64,000 nucleotides of DNA, taken from contig KZ538060.1 of assembly GCA_000934665.2 (NCBI GenBank), forward strand, positions 1 through 64,000. The letters run 5' to 3'. The notes below the pieces were generated by a model. That model was not told the DNA's origin. It made no database searches and worked only from the letters and a program-made list of their open reading frames with translations. Below, in pieces: positions 25,523-39,200 of the stretch. Position numbers and translations under genes: made by a program. Each line of letters opens with the position of its first letter. The first letter of the stretch is position 1. Source of the DNA: Catajapyx aquilonaris. Lineage: Eukaryota.

Positions 25523-25640
25523 TTACATGTGGGTCATATATTGAATTAATTTACATGCTTCAATATTATTTATTTATTATTATTTATTAATAAATAATAT
25601 TGAAGCATGTAAATTAATTCAATATATGACCCACATGTAA
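25523..25640. repeat. Perfect 52-bp-arm inverted repeat with 14-nt loop
   Basis: 25523-25574 is the exact reverse complement of 25589-25640. Confidence 0.9.
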
Positions 25641-27261
25641 ATTTTTAATTTTACCCCGTGATACAACACTGTAAGTCGTTATAGGGGGGTGGCCTACCAC
25701 CATCGGTTTTCTAGTATTTCGTACTTTTTCGTCGTTCTCCGTGCAGGGAAGCAAGGAAATGGGGGTAAGGATGTGGATTCAATATTATTTACAGCATTTT
25801 CGTAATTTAATTGGACTATTTCGTATATCAGACATAATTATATGCATGATTCAGTTCATATTTCTATATTACTTTTAACGAAACAAAGGCCGGAACTATG
25901 CGATTGTGGGTGACATACGAGGTCATAAAATCAGCGAATCAGCATGAAGTACTTTCAGCATGTTGCATATGAAATTACCGTTGGGCTTTGACGCATATTT
26001 TTGAACTCATCCTGCCATGTACAGGTTATTATCAAAAGCAGATTTTGACACTTATACCTTTTGACACATTAACAATCCTCAATTACGGCTTGCATAGATT
26101 ACGGCCCAGCCCCATTCCGATTTTAATTGGAAGCAATGAAAGTGCCTTCATCAATTCCCAGGGCTTATTTTCCTCTGAATTATTCATCCTCATCGTACCA
26201 AAAGCTGGCAAAACGATATTCAGCATTTATTTTTTTAATAGAGCCCGCAATATAGCTATGATCAGCCAACTGTGTCATATGAGTTGGATGAACCGTACTT
26301 TCCTTGGTCATACCAACATTCCTGAGACAAGGACAGCATTCCTCACGTGCGCACATCCTTGGAGCAGGTTATACATATAATTATTATCCTTCAGAGAACT
26401 AGATCGAAATGATGGGTGGAGAGATGTCTCATTTGCTGAATCCTCCTGTTTTATTGGCAAGCCCACCCCACTAGATTGTTGTGCTAATGCCAAATCGGAC
26501 TGATTTTCTGGGTGTCCCTGTCCCATGGTGAAACCTTGAGAAGGACGTTTAACGCAAAATTACAGAGTTGTATTGGTCAATAAAATTTCTGGCGGCGCTT
26601 GGCAAGGATTGCGCCAAGGTCTTAGTATGACAATTTACTTTTATTTGGCTAAATTGGTAAATAGGTTTAATTGCAGTTATGATGCCACTGCCCTTGGTTG
26701 GTGCGTACTGGCTGGTTCAATATTTGACACTTTCACTAGCATGTGCACATACCCATTTTTATAATCCAAACATCAATTACATCATCCTGACCTATTCGGC
26801 ATAAAATTCAGGCATTTCGAATTTTATGGCAGTACAATATTTCGCATTCACCGTTTCATTAGCTTGAATTGCATGGCACTATAATTATGCAAATTCAGAG
26901 TTGCATTTTAATTACGTACTAAAGCACCAAAATATAGGTCATTTCATGGGTTTTATAAACAGGTATGGTATACGACTGGAAAAAAAACCCGAGACATAAC
27001 AAACCTATATATCCCACCTTATTTTCGTATTCAAAGCTACAGAGCAGGAAACGTCAGATAACAAGGTGTATCTGAACCAGATAGAAAACTCGCGTGACGT
27101 GATATACGGCGCACGTTCCATTTGCCTCAGAACAAAATACGCACACCGATAAGCACTGTACTCCTATGGTTCTAGATAAGGTTTTACAACCCAGTCCCCA
27201 GGTAATTCGGCAGGTGAGAAGTAAATCCCCTGCAATTCCTTGTTTCGACAGGAGGAACGAG

Positions 27262-27282
27262 ATGGAGGAAGTGGAGCTGTAA
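27262..27282 (+). promoter_or_regulatory. uORF (MEEVEL*) in the VPS13 5' UTR
   Basis: GAG-ATG-G context; TAA at 27280-27282; in frame with the main ATG 33 nt downstream; lies after a predicted 5' UTR intron (donor 27202 or 27214, acceptor 27251). Confidence 0.5.
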
Positions 27283-27294
27283 AAGAGACCAACC

Positions 27295-30200
27295 ATGCTT
27301 GAAAGTGTGGTAGCCGCTGTCCTCAACAGGGTCCTGGGTCAGTTTGTCCAGGACCTTGACCAGGAACAGCTTGACCTGGGTCTCTTCAGCGGGGAGCTGA
27401 CCCTGTTTGACCTCAAGCTCAAGTCTGATCTGCTGGTAAGTTCTCATACATAATTTGAGTGTGTGTCCGGGGAGAGTCATCATAGCCATGAGAGCGGGCG
27501 GGTGCGCCATCTATGTTCAATAGTTCTTAAAATTACATATGGTATAGCATGTCTGGGAACATGAATGTAGAGTGCTACTGGACAGCGCAATTTTATGACT
27601 TTATTGCACCAAGTAGAAGTGGGTAGTACCCTTAATATGAGTCTTGCGTCTACGTGCAAGCCAGGCTATAAAACATACAGGGTACCCCCATAGAGACCAC
27701 CGTTTTTTGAAGGGCAGAATGAACTTCTGAGAAAATGAATTGGTTGGCTCAAAGATGCCATAAAGCGATTGGAAACGGTCGGCTTTTCAAGTCAGCCTTT
27801 CACTGAAGCCCGCTTCCGTGTTTCGCATTCTGATTGTGCATGTGGGCAATCAATCACATTTCGAATGATAAGATTTGGAACAAAAGACGATTGTGCTACA
27901 CTTGATTGCTTATCACGAGGACTATTTTTATGGGTGCAAACAACCATAAAGTGTCCCTCTCTCATTATTGTCGTGTGCTGTACACTGCATAACTCATCAG
28001 GTGCTTCTGAAAATTTCAAACTCAATGCACGTACAGTGCCCACGGTGTTTTTCCTCAGCAAACGAATAGGGTCGTCATTTGGGTGAATGTGTAACGGGCT
28101 ATACACCCACGACTGAATCGATATTTGAAGGCAAGAGATAACGATGAATCCGTAGCTCCACAGGATATTTCACATGCCACCAATCACATAAAAAAACTGC
28201 ATACCAGTAACAACTGGCTCGTACACGAACTGAAATGAATTCCAGCGGAACGGCCACCTTCTGCAATATGCTATTTCAGTTTGCTCATTTTTTTTTACAA
28301 CACAGCATTGTGTTTAAAATATGAAACGTAGACTTGAGAAGGGCACATCCATAATGCTGCGTCATTCAGGTGGTGTCACCCTACTATCAATACTGGAGTG
28401 TATTAAGGTCACAGGATTCTCATCAGTCATCAGTCATCCGTGGGATGAAGTAGAATGTGAAGCATCTGTAGTAAGGCAGATTATTACCGAGCCACAGGAT
28501 TATAAAGTCTTAAAATTCACTTCCAGGCCCATATTTTTTTAATTAGTGTCTACATTATCATTATCGGTATCATCTCCAGCAGAAACCCTTAGGAAAAGGA
28601 ACGCCCACTGGAGCGACATCAATACATCGGTTCCTTTCAGTACTTTGTGAAACCTCTTGTGCCTTCAGTGAATAGACCCTGGGGCTATTATTTCACTCTA
28701 TGGCTTCTCTCCAAAGGCAGCTCTCCACAATGATCATTCTCCCTTAAAGCCTGGTCCACTGTCGTCACACTCCAGAATCGATGTGGATGTCCCACTAGAG
28801 CCGCCCTATGTCCCCCTGAGAACCGACCCACTTCTTTTGATTAGTGGTCACCATAAGAAAAAAAATAAGTTTTGTATACAAACTGTGCATATACACGAAA
28901 CAAGGTGTCAACAGGTGGTCTCACTAGAAGCTCGATTAATCTGTAATTGCAACGTCCTTGCGATTGTATCGTTCAATGTCGTCCGTTGTGGTCATTCCGG
29001 ATTGGCCAGTGCAGGTACAGTTAGAGGCTGAAATCGGTTTTGCGATCCAGTAAACACTGTCTACAAACTTGAAGAATTTGCTCCCTTTGCCCTTTCTACT
29101 TAATGAAAAAAAAAAAATGCCGGAGCTTCTGTTCCACCATAATCAACTCGGGTATTGCTACATGAATAGAAATAGATCGATTGGCCTAAGATTGGATCCC
29201 ATATACCTGAGACCTTGGAACCTGCACATTAAAGCAAAATCTACTCTCCAACTTTTTAATCACGCCTAAATCCGCAGTGATAAGGCAAATGAGTTATGGA
29301 AACGCGGCGGGATTAACAGAGCTCACCTTGTTTCGTAAAAGAATCGCGAAATTCTAATGAGAAAACTTGTGACGAGAAGAAAGTATGCTGTATGCAGATG
29401 AGGCTCATCTTTTTCCAATTCTGAAGTTTATTTTAAGGGAGCGAGACTGCTTTTACGATGATTACATAACTTGTCTCAGGGTCTCGGTAACATTGTAATG
29501 TTTTTGTTTAATTAACGCAGCACCCTTTTCTAATATTACTAGGCTGGACTCAATTTGCCCGTCGAGTTGAAAGCTGGCACCGTTGGCAAAGTGAACACGA
29601 TCGTTCCATGGGCATCTCTTTTCTCCCAGCCCATCATCATTACGGTGGAGGTAATACGATTTCCTCTCGCCCAATTTAATCCAATCTAAAAACCCTAAAT
29701 TTTAACCCTGCTTGTCTCAGGATGTGTACGTGCTGACCGGGCCCATTTTGGACCGACCGTACGACGAAGAACGAGAGAGGCTACTAGACCGAGCCTCTAA
29801 GAAATCAAAGCTAGAGTTGTTGGAAGATCGGAGTCTCAAAAAAGATGGTAATGTTCAATAATGTTAATTAAGTTGTGGGGGTATACACTTGGGAGCCTTC
29901 TATTTCAGGTCTGCCGGAATCGAGAGGGTTTGTGGAGAACTTGATAGCCTCGGCCTTGCACAACCTCCAGTTGTTTGTTCGTAATGTACACATCCGATAC
30001 GAGGACACCATTACAGATCCGAATCGTCCTTTCGCTTGCGGAATCTGCCTGCAAAGTCTCTCGGCCGAAACTACTAACAAGTAAGACATTACCTGTCAGT
30101 TGACGCATAGATCAGCCAATGGGAATGGGCCAGGCCTGGCTCTAACCAATCCGGGCACCATCTGCAAATATTAAAATTGCATTATAACTGACTGCTATTA

Positions 30201-33200
30201 GCTTAATAAGCCAGAAGTTTCCTTATGAGAAATGTCTGTCTGTCAGAGCCTTAAATTATTGAATTTCTGGCAGCAAATGGAAGCCGACGCAGATATCCGC
30301 CGATGCGTCTTCTGTCTTCAAGCTGGTACGGATGGAGGCTTTTTGCATGTATTGGAATCCGTGCTGCAACGTCAACACCCTTGCACGATCACATCTTTCC
30401 AACAATTCGTGGAAAAACGCGATGCAAAGAAGCCTGCAGACATTCAGCTTCAACGGAGAGGAGTTTGAATTCAGTGAGTTCCATTTTCTTTTCATAAGAA
30501 AAAGCGGTTGGTAGAAGAGTAAACTTACAAACTATTTTCAATTAAAACTGGATTCTGATGAGAGTTTTTTTTTTGGTGGCAGTAATGAAGCCCATGACTG
30601 CCAAAGTGAAAGTGATTATGAACAAGTCTAATGAAGCCCGGGTGCCCAAACTTCTTCTCGACTTTGTGTTGCAAGACGCAGCTATGCAGTTGACACGCCT
30701 GCAATATCTGAACATCTATGGCCTCGAAAAGTCCTTCCAGAGAATGAACATTAATAGGTAAATGTCACAATGTCACGGCACAACAGAATTCAAGCTGGAC
30801 GAACCCATCTGTCTGTTGTGAAAGTAAAGTTCATATCATTGTCACTGTGTTTTCAGGCTGTTTCGGAAATACCATCCTGGAGTCCAGGTCAAAGGTCACA
30901 GCAAGGAGTGGTGGCACTACGCTTACAATGCAGTGATACATGAATTTATACGACCGTATTCGTGGGAACGAATCCAGCAACACAGGTACGAGCTGACTTT
31001 GTTTATTTATTTATTTCCATGCAATGTAATAATTTTTCTCAATAATTCCAGAAAGCATTATCACGAGTACAAAGACCAGTATCGACAATACCTGTTGGAG
31101 CCCAATGACACAGAGATAGAGACTGAACTGTTGCGCTTAGAGGATAGCTTAGACGTTACCAACATAGTTATAGCACGAGAGCAGGCGAAAATAGAGGTGA
31201 GGAAATCCTTCAGGAATTATTAGACGTCGGGAACAAAAAAAAATCCTGTTTTTTCCAGTTGTCTCAAGAGGATCCTGACAAAGTGACAATAAGTGAAGAG
31301 GCTTCCTCATGGTGGGACTTCTGGCCTACAGGAGAAGAGGAGGAGGAGGAGATGAAAGTGGAAGTTGAGAGCGAACCCAAGAAGACTCTTTGGTCCACTC
31401 TGACTTCTGATGAGAAGCAGAAAATATATGATGCCATAGGTTACGTCGAAGGAGAAAAAGAACCAGTCTGGCAAAGACAGTACACAGGTATGAAAATTCT
31501 GAAACTTATAGAATCTGTGTAACAACAAAGTCTGTTTCAGAGCACAAGCTGAACTTCACCATTGCAAACTGCACTTTAAACCTGATCAATAACGGGAAGG
31601 AAATTCTGGTAGCTACACTCACACAGTTTTTGACAAGTATTGAGACAAGGCCTGGAGCTAAAGCGTTTAAAGTTTCGACAAGGACTGAGAGCTTCCTTAT
31701 AGAAGGAATGAGCCAGGAAAATGATCTGACTTCGATTCTGACTGCTGAGAATATCAACAGTGGTGAGTACTTATCCTGAAAGGTCGATTGCATGTTGGCC
31801 AGGTGATGCATACATCGCAGGGGTTTGTTCATGTCTGGTATTTTCAGGTCGGTCCTATCCCCATGTACTCTCAATAGACTTCGAGACTAATCCAGTGTCA
31901 GTCAGTGCAGATGTGGGGCTGTCTGTCACCTTAGAAGTTGTTGAGATTATGTACAATGAGGTAATTATTTCCATAATTGTAATCACATACTTTAAGTAAA
32001 ATGCACCAAATTGCAGCATGCTGTTACGGAAATATTCAACTTCTTCAAAATAAAACCGATCGATTTTGGAGAAGTGACGGGTATGGCTGTCACTAAACTG
32101 GAAGAGCTGGCGAATATGGGCTTAGCGGCTTTGAATTACGCAATTGCCAGACACAAATGTGTACACCTGACATTGGACATCAACAGTCCGTATCTAGTCT
32201 TTCCTGAATATGGGTCACATCATAGGTAAACCACACAACTCATTGAGTCTATTAATAGTTCTCGTAGATTACAAATATATGAACACTGTCTTTTCCTGCA
32301 GAGGTGGACATCTGTTTGTTTTGGATTTTGGACGAATCGTGGTCAAAAGCGAACTGCAAGGAGACATGATACAATTGACGGAGGCCACCAGAATGGAAAT
32401 GGAAGAGAGGCTGTATGATAGGTTCCTTGTGAATATGTATGATATGCAAGTACTATTTTGCGATTCGGGAGAAAACTGGAGAGAGCACAGGAAAAGCTCG
32501 GAAACAGAGCATCATGTGATACCAAAGATTAACTTTAGCATAGTGTTTTCAAACAGCGTGGAACCAACATATCGCCAGATGCCAAGGTATACTTTGTGTA
32601 GTTTGAATTTTTATCTGATTTGTGAAGTGGCAATTTGCTAATTATTTTTCAGCCAAAAGCTGAACATAACCATTCCAAGCATCAAGCTCAACATGTCAGA
32701 TCGGAAAATAAGGCAGCTTTTAGATTTCATCCAGCACATGCCACTTCCGTCTGCCGCTGAATCCGGAGACCTTGTGGATGCCCCGATGGTCCAAGAGGTG
32801 CTACCACTGCTAGACAACTTCGACACCAGCACCACCATCGCACCCATATCAGTCACGGAACTGATGAGAATCAAGAAGTCAGCAGCCGGAAGATGGAGAA
32901 AAATCCACCAGAGGAACGTGCGAGAAGGCAGGACCAGCATAGACGCTGGAAAAAGTTCAACCTCGTCATCTATGCAAGCCTTAGACAACGACAAGTAAGC
33001 TTCATTACATTAGCTAATGAAGACTACGACCTGACGGGACTGAATTTCAGGATGTGTTCTGCGTCTGAGATGAGCGACGATGATAAGGAGGAATTCGCGC
33101 GTACCATCGATCTGCCGGGATTTGACGACAATGTGTCTCCTCACAGCACCATCAGGGTGCTGTTTCGTATTCTAGTCGGCGAGGTATGTACCTGTACATA

Positions 33201-36200
33201 GTTTCGGTCAAACGTGCTGTGCTATCGTGATTATTGTGTTGCAGGTTGTGATTCAATTGGCGCGTTCAAGTAACCATGCAGATAAGCCCTATTTGTTGCT
33301 TCGAGTGGACAAGACATGTATGGACGTTGCTATGATGGAGTTTGGTCCAGCGGTACAGGCCAGTGTCGGTAGCATACAATTGGTGGACAAATTTCATACT
33401 GGTCCTTCAGGCGAATACCTAGAACTGCTGTCGACCAAGAGCAGCGAAGACATGATATCTCTGCTCTACAGAAAGGTATAATCCGTTACTTTAATTATTG
33501 CATACTTGTAACACTGTGATTTACAGGTTCGTGCGGACTGTCCAGATTTCAAGTCGCATTTCCACAGTGTGGAGCAATCATTAGTGGTAGACTTCAGTGA
33601 AATTCAGATCACGTTTCATCGTGCGGCTTTCATTATGCTGAACAAGTACATGGAATTTGTTCTCGAAAGGTACATAGCACCGATAGCATCCGGAGATCTT
33701 GAGCTAATGATCTGCCACTTCCATAGAATGAAGGGGAAGGAAGCTTGGTTGAAGCCAATTCTCAAGAGAACGCCCACCATTTGGTCCTGGTGGAATTCGT
33801 CCGAAAACGACCCGCCAGTTCCGTCTGGGGCGACCAAATTCAGCTATTCTAGTCGTCTCGGAATGATTACGGCGAGATTCTGTGATAGTGATAGTGATCT
33901 CATGGAAATGAAGGTACGTTCTGTTATTTGACGAGAAAGAACCTTTGTCGTTACAGTGGGGTTGGCTTTAGATTTCAGGGCTTGAGAGTGACTGCTTCTT
34001 TAAAGCCAACGAAAGGATGGTTTTGCGGGTGTATCTGACTGATCTTTTAGTGGAGGATCTCACGGCACGAACTTTGTACCCAAAAGTATGTCACAGATGA
34101 CTTCATTTCTGAACCTTCTTTAACTGTTAACTGTTGCATCCTCAGCTTTTGTGGATGGAAGAAGACAAGGTGTTTGATTTCAAATACGTTAGAAACAGCC
34201 CTAAGGTCAACAAAAATACTGAAATCGGAGGTCACGACGTCAACATCAAATGTGACGGCATCCTAAGGCTGAGAACTGGCCGAATGCAACTGGTTTTCCT
34301 ACGAAAGTTTTTCACCACATTGCAGGTATCACAAACATCTCAACATCGCAAAACAGTGCTCTAAAACCCGGTTCCTCCTCCAGCATTTTGTGGAGCCATT
34401 CCTGCAACCAGAAGTGACAGCTTCCGCCTTAAGATCCGCCGAGAAAACATTGGGGCAACAGTACGAGCAGCTGAAGAGTCGAGGCATGAGGCTGAGCCTG
34501 TCCTTAGACTTTAGAGCACCGACAGTCCTCATACCGCAAAAGTCTGACTCTCCGAACCTGCTTGTCATCAACATGGGTTAGTCATAACATTTGATGACTG
34601 ATCATTCTGCAAACAGGATGTTCATTTGTGAAAATTTACCACTGTCTGGTACACTTCTGCAGGGGATCTGACTGTGGAGAACTTCTTCAAGGAGGCTCAG
34701 ACTAGGCAGCCGGTGACTTCGATCCGATCTCCATCACTTCAACTCTCGACACCTCCGCTAATCGACAACATCCTGATCCGACTTCAATCGGTCCAGATGG
34801 CCAGAGCAGTCTACTCCTTATCAGGTGATCTGGAAGCTCAGGAGCCAATCCTGGAACCTGCGAGCCTTCGAATCGACATCAAGAGGGCAATACCGCCTGT
34901 TCCTCGAGACTTCCTACAGTACGAAGTGGAAGGCAGCTTGGACATGGTGCGACTGAGCATAGGTCAGAGAGACCTGACCACAATGTGGGCAGTGTGGAAG
35001 GAAAATGTATCGGAAGGAAGCTTCACCGACGTACCACCCGTGTCTCATCCAACGTCACCACTGGAACCCCCGACGCCGACACCGACGCCCAAGATGGCAA
35101 CCACTGAAGATCCGGCTGTGAAGAAGTTGCAGGCCTTCTTCAGCCACAGCGTGGACATCATAAAGGAAACTGCCATGAATTTTACGCTTGAGGGATTGCT
35201 GGTCAATCTCTATGCGGATGAAGATGAGGTAAGGGACCTTATCTATGTGTTTAAGTGGTCATTACGATGCTCTAATGCTCATTACAGATACTGAGCTCGC
35301 CTTTGCGAGATGTCAACCACGCACTATGCAAATTCGAGTTGGAAGAAATCACTGTCAACGTGGATATCAACAGCGATCACAGTCTGGAAATGCACACGGC
35401 GTTGCAGTCATGCAGCTTGGAAGATATAAGACCGGAAAATAACCTGGTCATCCGAAAGTACGTGTTACATTCACCCTCTTTTGCAGATTCGACTTTACAA
35501 CACTGTCGTTTTCCACAGAATATTCCAATCATACAGCGGCGAATCGAAGGGAAACACAGGGCCAATATCGGTGTCGATGCCCCCAATGATCGACGTGTCA
35601 TACAAACAGAACCAAAACGGCGACACCTCAGTCGACGTGATGGTCGAGAAGACCAGGTTCAACGTCTCAGCATCATTTTTTCTCGCCCTTGCCAAATTCG
35701 TCATGGATTCTGTTCCCACCGACAAATCCTTGGAGAGTTCCGTCATCGGACAGAGCTACGTCGACGCTGGATTTCATGTACGTCTCACGCAATCTTTCTT
35801 TCTTACAATGAATAACACACTCTATGAAATGACAGGGCAAGTCACCAGTAGCCGTTTTGAAAGGCACTCACCGTCCTCCGAGCTCAACCGGAAGCACAAG
35901 CGGATACTTTTCTTCTGGCATGTCTCCGCTGGAAGATCAAGCGGCGGTGTCCATCGCGGTGAAGCTAAAGCGTCCCGAGGTGGTCCTTCTGGCCGATCCG
36001 CAGGACAAGAATAGCCCCGTGATTGTTCTCAGGACGGAGATCAATTTCGATTACAGCCGGAACTTGGGCCAGGACACCATCACAGCCACTGCATCAAGTC
36101 TGCACATCCTCTCCTGTCGATACGGCCAGAAGAGACAGACGGCCTACGTTATTCTTCAGCCCTGCGACATTGATTTTAGCAAGAATCTTAGAACGCTGGA

Positions 36201-39200
36201 GGAAGGGTTCAAATTCGCCTTGGCTGTCAGTCCCTTGGAGTTTCATGTGTCCGCCACCACTGTCAGGACTATCGTTGATGTGAGGAAATAATATTTTCTT
36301 ATGATAACAGTGGACAGAATCTGCAATCGTTTTCTTTGTGCAACAGGTAATTGAGGAAGTACGGACAACACTCAGTCATGGAAACACTGAAGTTACTCCG
36401 CACTGGATTACCGAGCCCAAAGATCTGGAAGACCTCTGGACTCCAAAGAAGCTACTGCCCTGTACAGTTGTAGAAGACTCAGGTAACGGGTATATCGTCA
36501 CCACTGAAATGAAAGGGAGTAACCTGGTGGCAATTATGTTTCAGAGAGTTGTTTGTATGACCGGCCTTCATATCCCAGTAGCAGACCAACTGAGACGTTC
36601 ATTTTCACCATACCGAGCATTCACGTGTACGTAGAAGAAGAAGTAGGGCACAGGAGGATTCCAGTGTTGTTGGCAAAAGCAATCCTTGATGTTGACGTGC
36701 ACGACTGGACTAAGCAGATGTATGCCAAAGGTGAGAAATCGATTAAATAATTGCACTTCACAGTTCAAGTACCAGTACATTCTTCGCAGCCGAATTACAA
36801 CTCGAAGCAATGTATTACAACGAGAAGCTGTCAGTATGGGAGCCTCTGATTGAACCATGCATGGTCAAAGAGAATGTGTACCGACCATGGGAAGTAATAA
36901 TCAAGGTACATCGGAATGATGTCAACTGCTTGCCAATTTGAACAGTTCTAACGCATGATATTATTGCAGTTCTTTCATGGTAAGGCATATCCGATAGCCT
37001 GTCAGAGCGACGAAAAATGCTGCGGAGATGACACAGACGGTTCCAGGAAAACGAACGTAAGTCACGAACCCGAGGATTCGGAAACATCCGGCGACGAGAG
37101 CGACGTCGAGAACCGAATGATGGTCATCCACAAGACCGAAGCCTCGCGCGTCAAAAGGTCCACAAGCAGTTACGGTACGTCCACTGAGTCGTGTCAAAAT
37201 CACAGTCATCTGACATGTCATTTTTTTCAGATTCTCACAGGTTGGTAGGATATCCAGGGGATTCAGATTCAGAGGCAGAAGATGGGATATTAGAGCGGAT
37301 TGCAATGGCATTTGCTCACACGTTCACGGGGTCAGTGTCAGTGTTGTGGTGTCAGTGTTGTAGCCAGTTGTTTCCAAAATCCACAGGAACAATATCCACA
37401 GAGAGGGCAGCGATGGGGAGCTGAGCGAGGTGGACGAGAGCAGCCCAGAGGACCAGACCCAGCGATCGGACGATGACGAGGCGGATGGTGGCATCACCAA
37501 CGCAGCCTTCAAGGAGGATGGTAGGATTGTGTTTGGAAAGAAAAAGGGTAAAGTGTCAATTTTTTTGTACGTGACAAGATGCTAATCAATCTGCGAATCA
37601 GACATCTACATACGAAAATGCGCAGGATTGATTGGCATCCTTTGTGGGTAGTGTGACTTTCAAGTTTTTGAAGAGACGCAATCAGTGCCTGCGCAATCAC
37701 GACTATTTTCTTCCAGATGATTCGATCGACTCAGGCCTGGAGACCGAGAGTCAGGAGAAGCAGGCCTTGTACATTGTCCTGGATGCGCAGGACAGACTGG
37801 AAGTCACTCTGACTCCAACTTCAATTGACATCTTGAACAAGCTGTTCACTGCATTTTCCAACTCCTCCAACGACAGTCAGGTCATGCAACTGCAGGGATG
37901 GGAACGTGGCGTGCATCTCGAGAATCATATTGGTCCGAAGAGTCGAGTCACAGTCCTTTCCAAAACTGAGGGTCTGCCTCAAGCACCTAGACACATAGTG
38001 GCCTCGGCTACTTTTGACGAACCAGATTCCAGAGCCAGTAGTCCAGCCTCTATGGCCCACCTTGCTGAGGAGATACCGGGAGATTCTGATGATGATGATA
38101 TGGAAAGGTAAATGTCATATGCAAGAAATTACTACGAACTTCTTGTACTGTACGGTAATACGTATGTGTTCCAGCATGGAAACCGGATTCAGCCTGTCTT
38201 CCGCTATGGGCCAGATAGGAAACATGTCAATCCAGCAAAATCAAGGATATGAAGAAGAAACCCTGACCGACCAGTACAAGAACGCGACGCTGGAAAAAAT
38301 CAAGGTGGAGCTGGAAGGCTTTGAGACCATGTACCTGCCTGTGCCAAGAAGAGCCACCAGTAAGTTATACGCACTTCGACCGATGAAGAACAATACACGT
38401 TACTACATAGCCCTGGACGTGGACATACACCATCAACGACGCAGCATTTGCGTCAGGTCGCCATTGCAGGTAATGGATCAAAAGGCAGTGATGCTCCAGA
38501 AGGATGGGGACTAACCAGACTTTTCCTAACCCAGGTGAAGAATGAAACATCTCACGCCATCAGTCTGTTCTACCAAAAGTCCATATTGTCGACTTTGGGG
38601 ATTGACGATGTGGCGGAAATCAAAAATCCCTTTTCGGACATGGTGAAGATTTATACACTTGAACCTGACGAAATTTTCAATGTTCCTCTCTTCGTGGCCT
38701 TTCACTGCAAACTGTTTGCACAACCCGCGCAGTTGGAGTGAGTATCACGATAGTGACAATCTGCCTACTGGAAGATTACAAGTACTAATGAGCCTGCATT
38801 TAATTTTACCTTTCAGCGGCTATGAAATCAGCGAAAAGGGAATGGGGTGGCAAGAGCTGACCACCAAGCTAAGCATGCCCCGAGACTTCACCTGCGCCCC
38901 CAAAGAAAAGGACCAACCTACCGTCTTCTCATTCAGGGTCAGTGTCACTTGTATATACATTGTGCAAATCGCCACATACGTTTGTAATAGCTGATCCTGT
39001 CCATTTGATAAGGTACTGAGCCACTCTGGCACTGAGCCATGCCCGTCGTCTCACCCGATGGGCAGCGCGTCTCGACTGATCCCCAGCTACCTCCTCCGCC
39101 TGCTGGCCCCCGTCACCTTCCGCAACCACCTTCCGTACAGTATCGAGCTGAAGATGTCTTCAGGTGCCTTAAGCCTCCATCTGGAAGCGGGTGAGCATCG

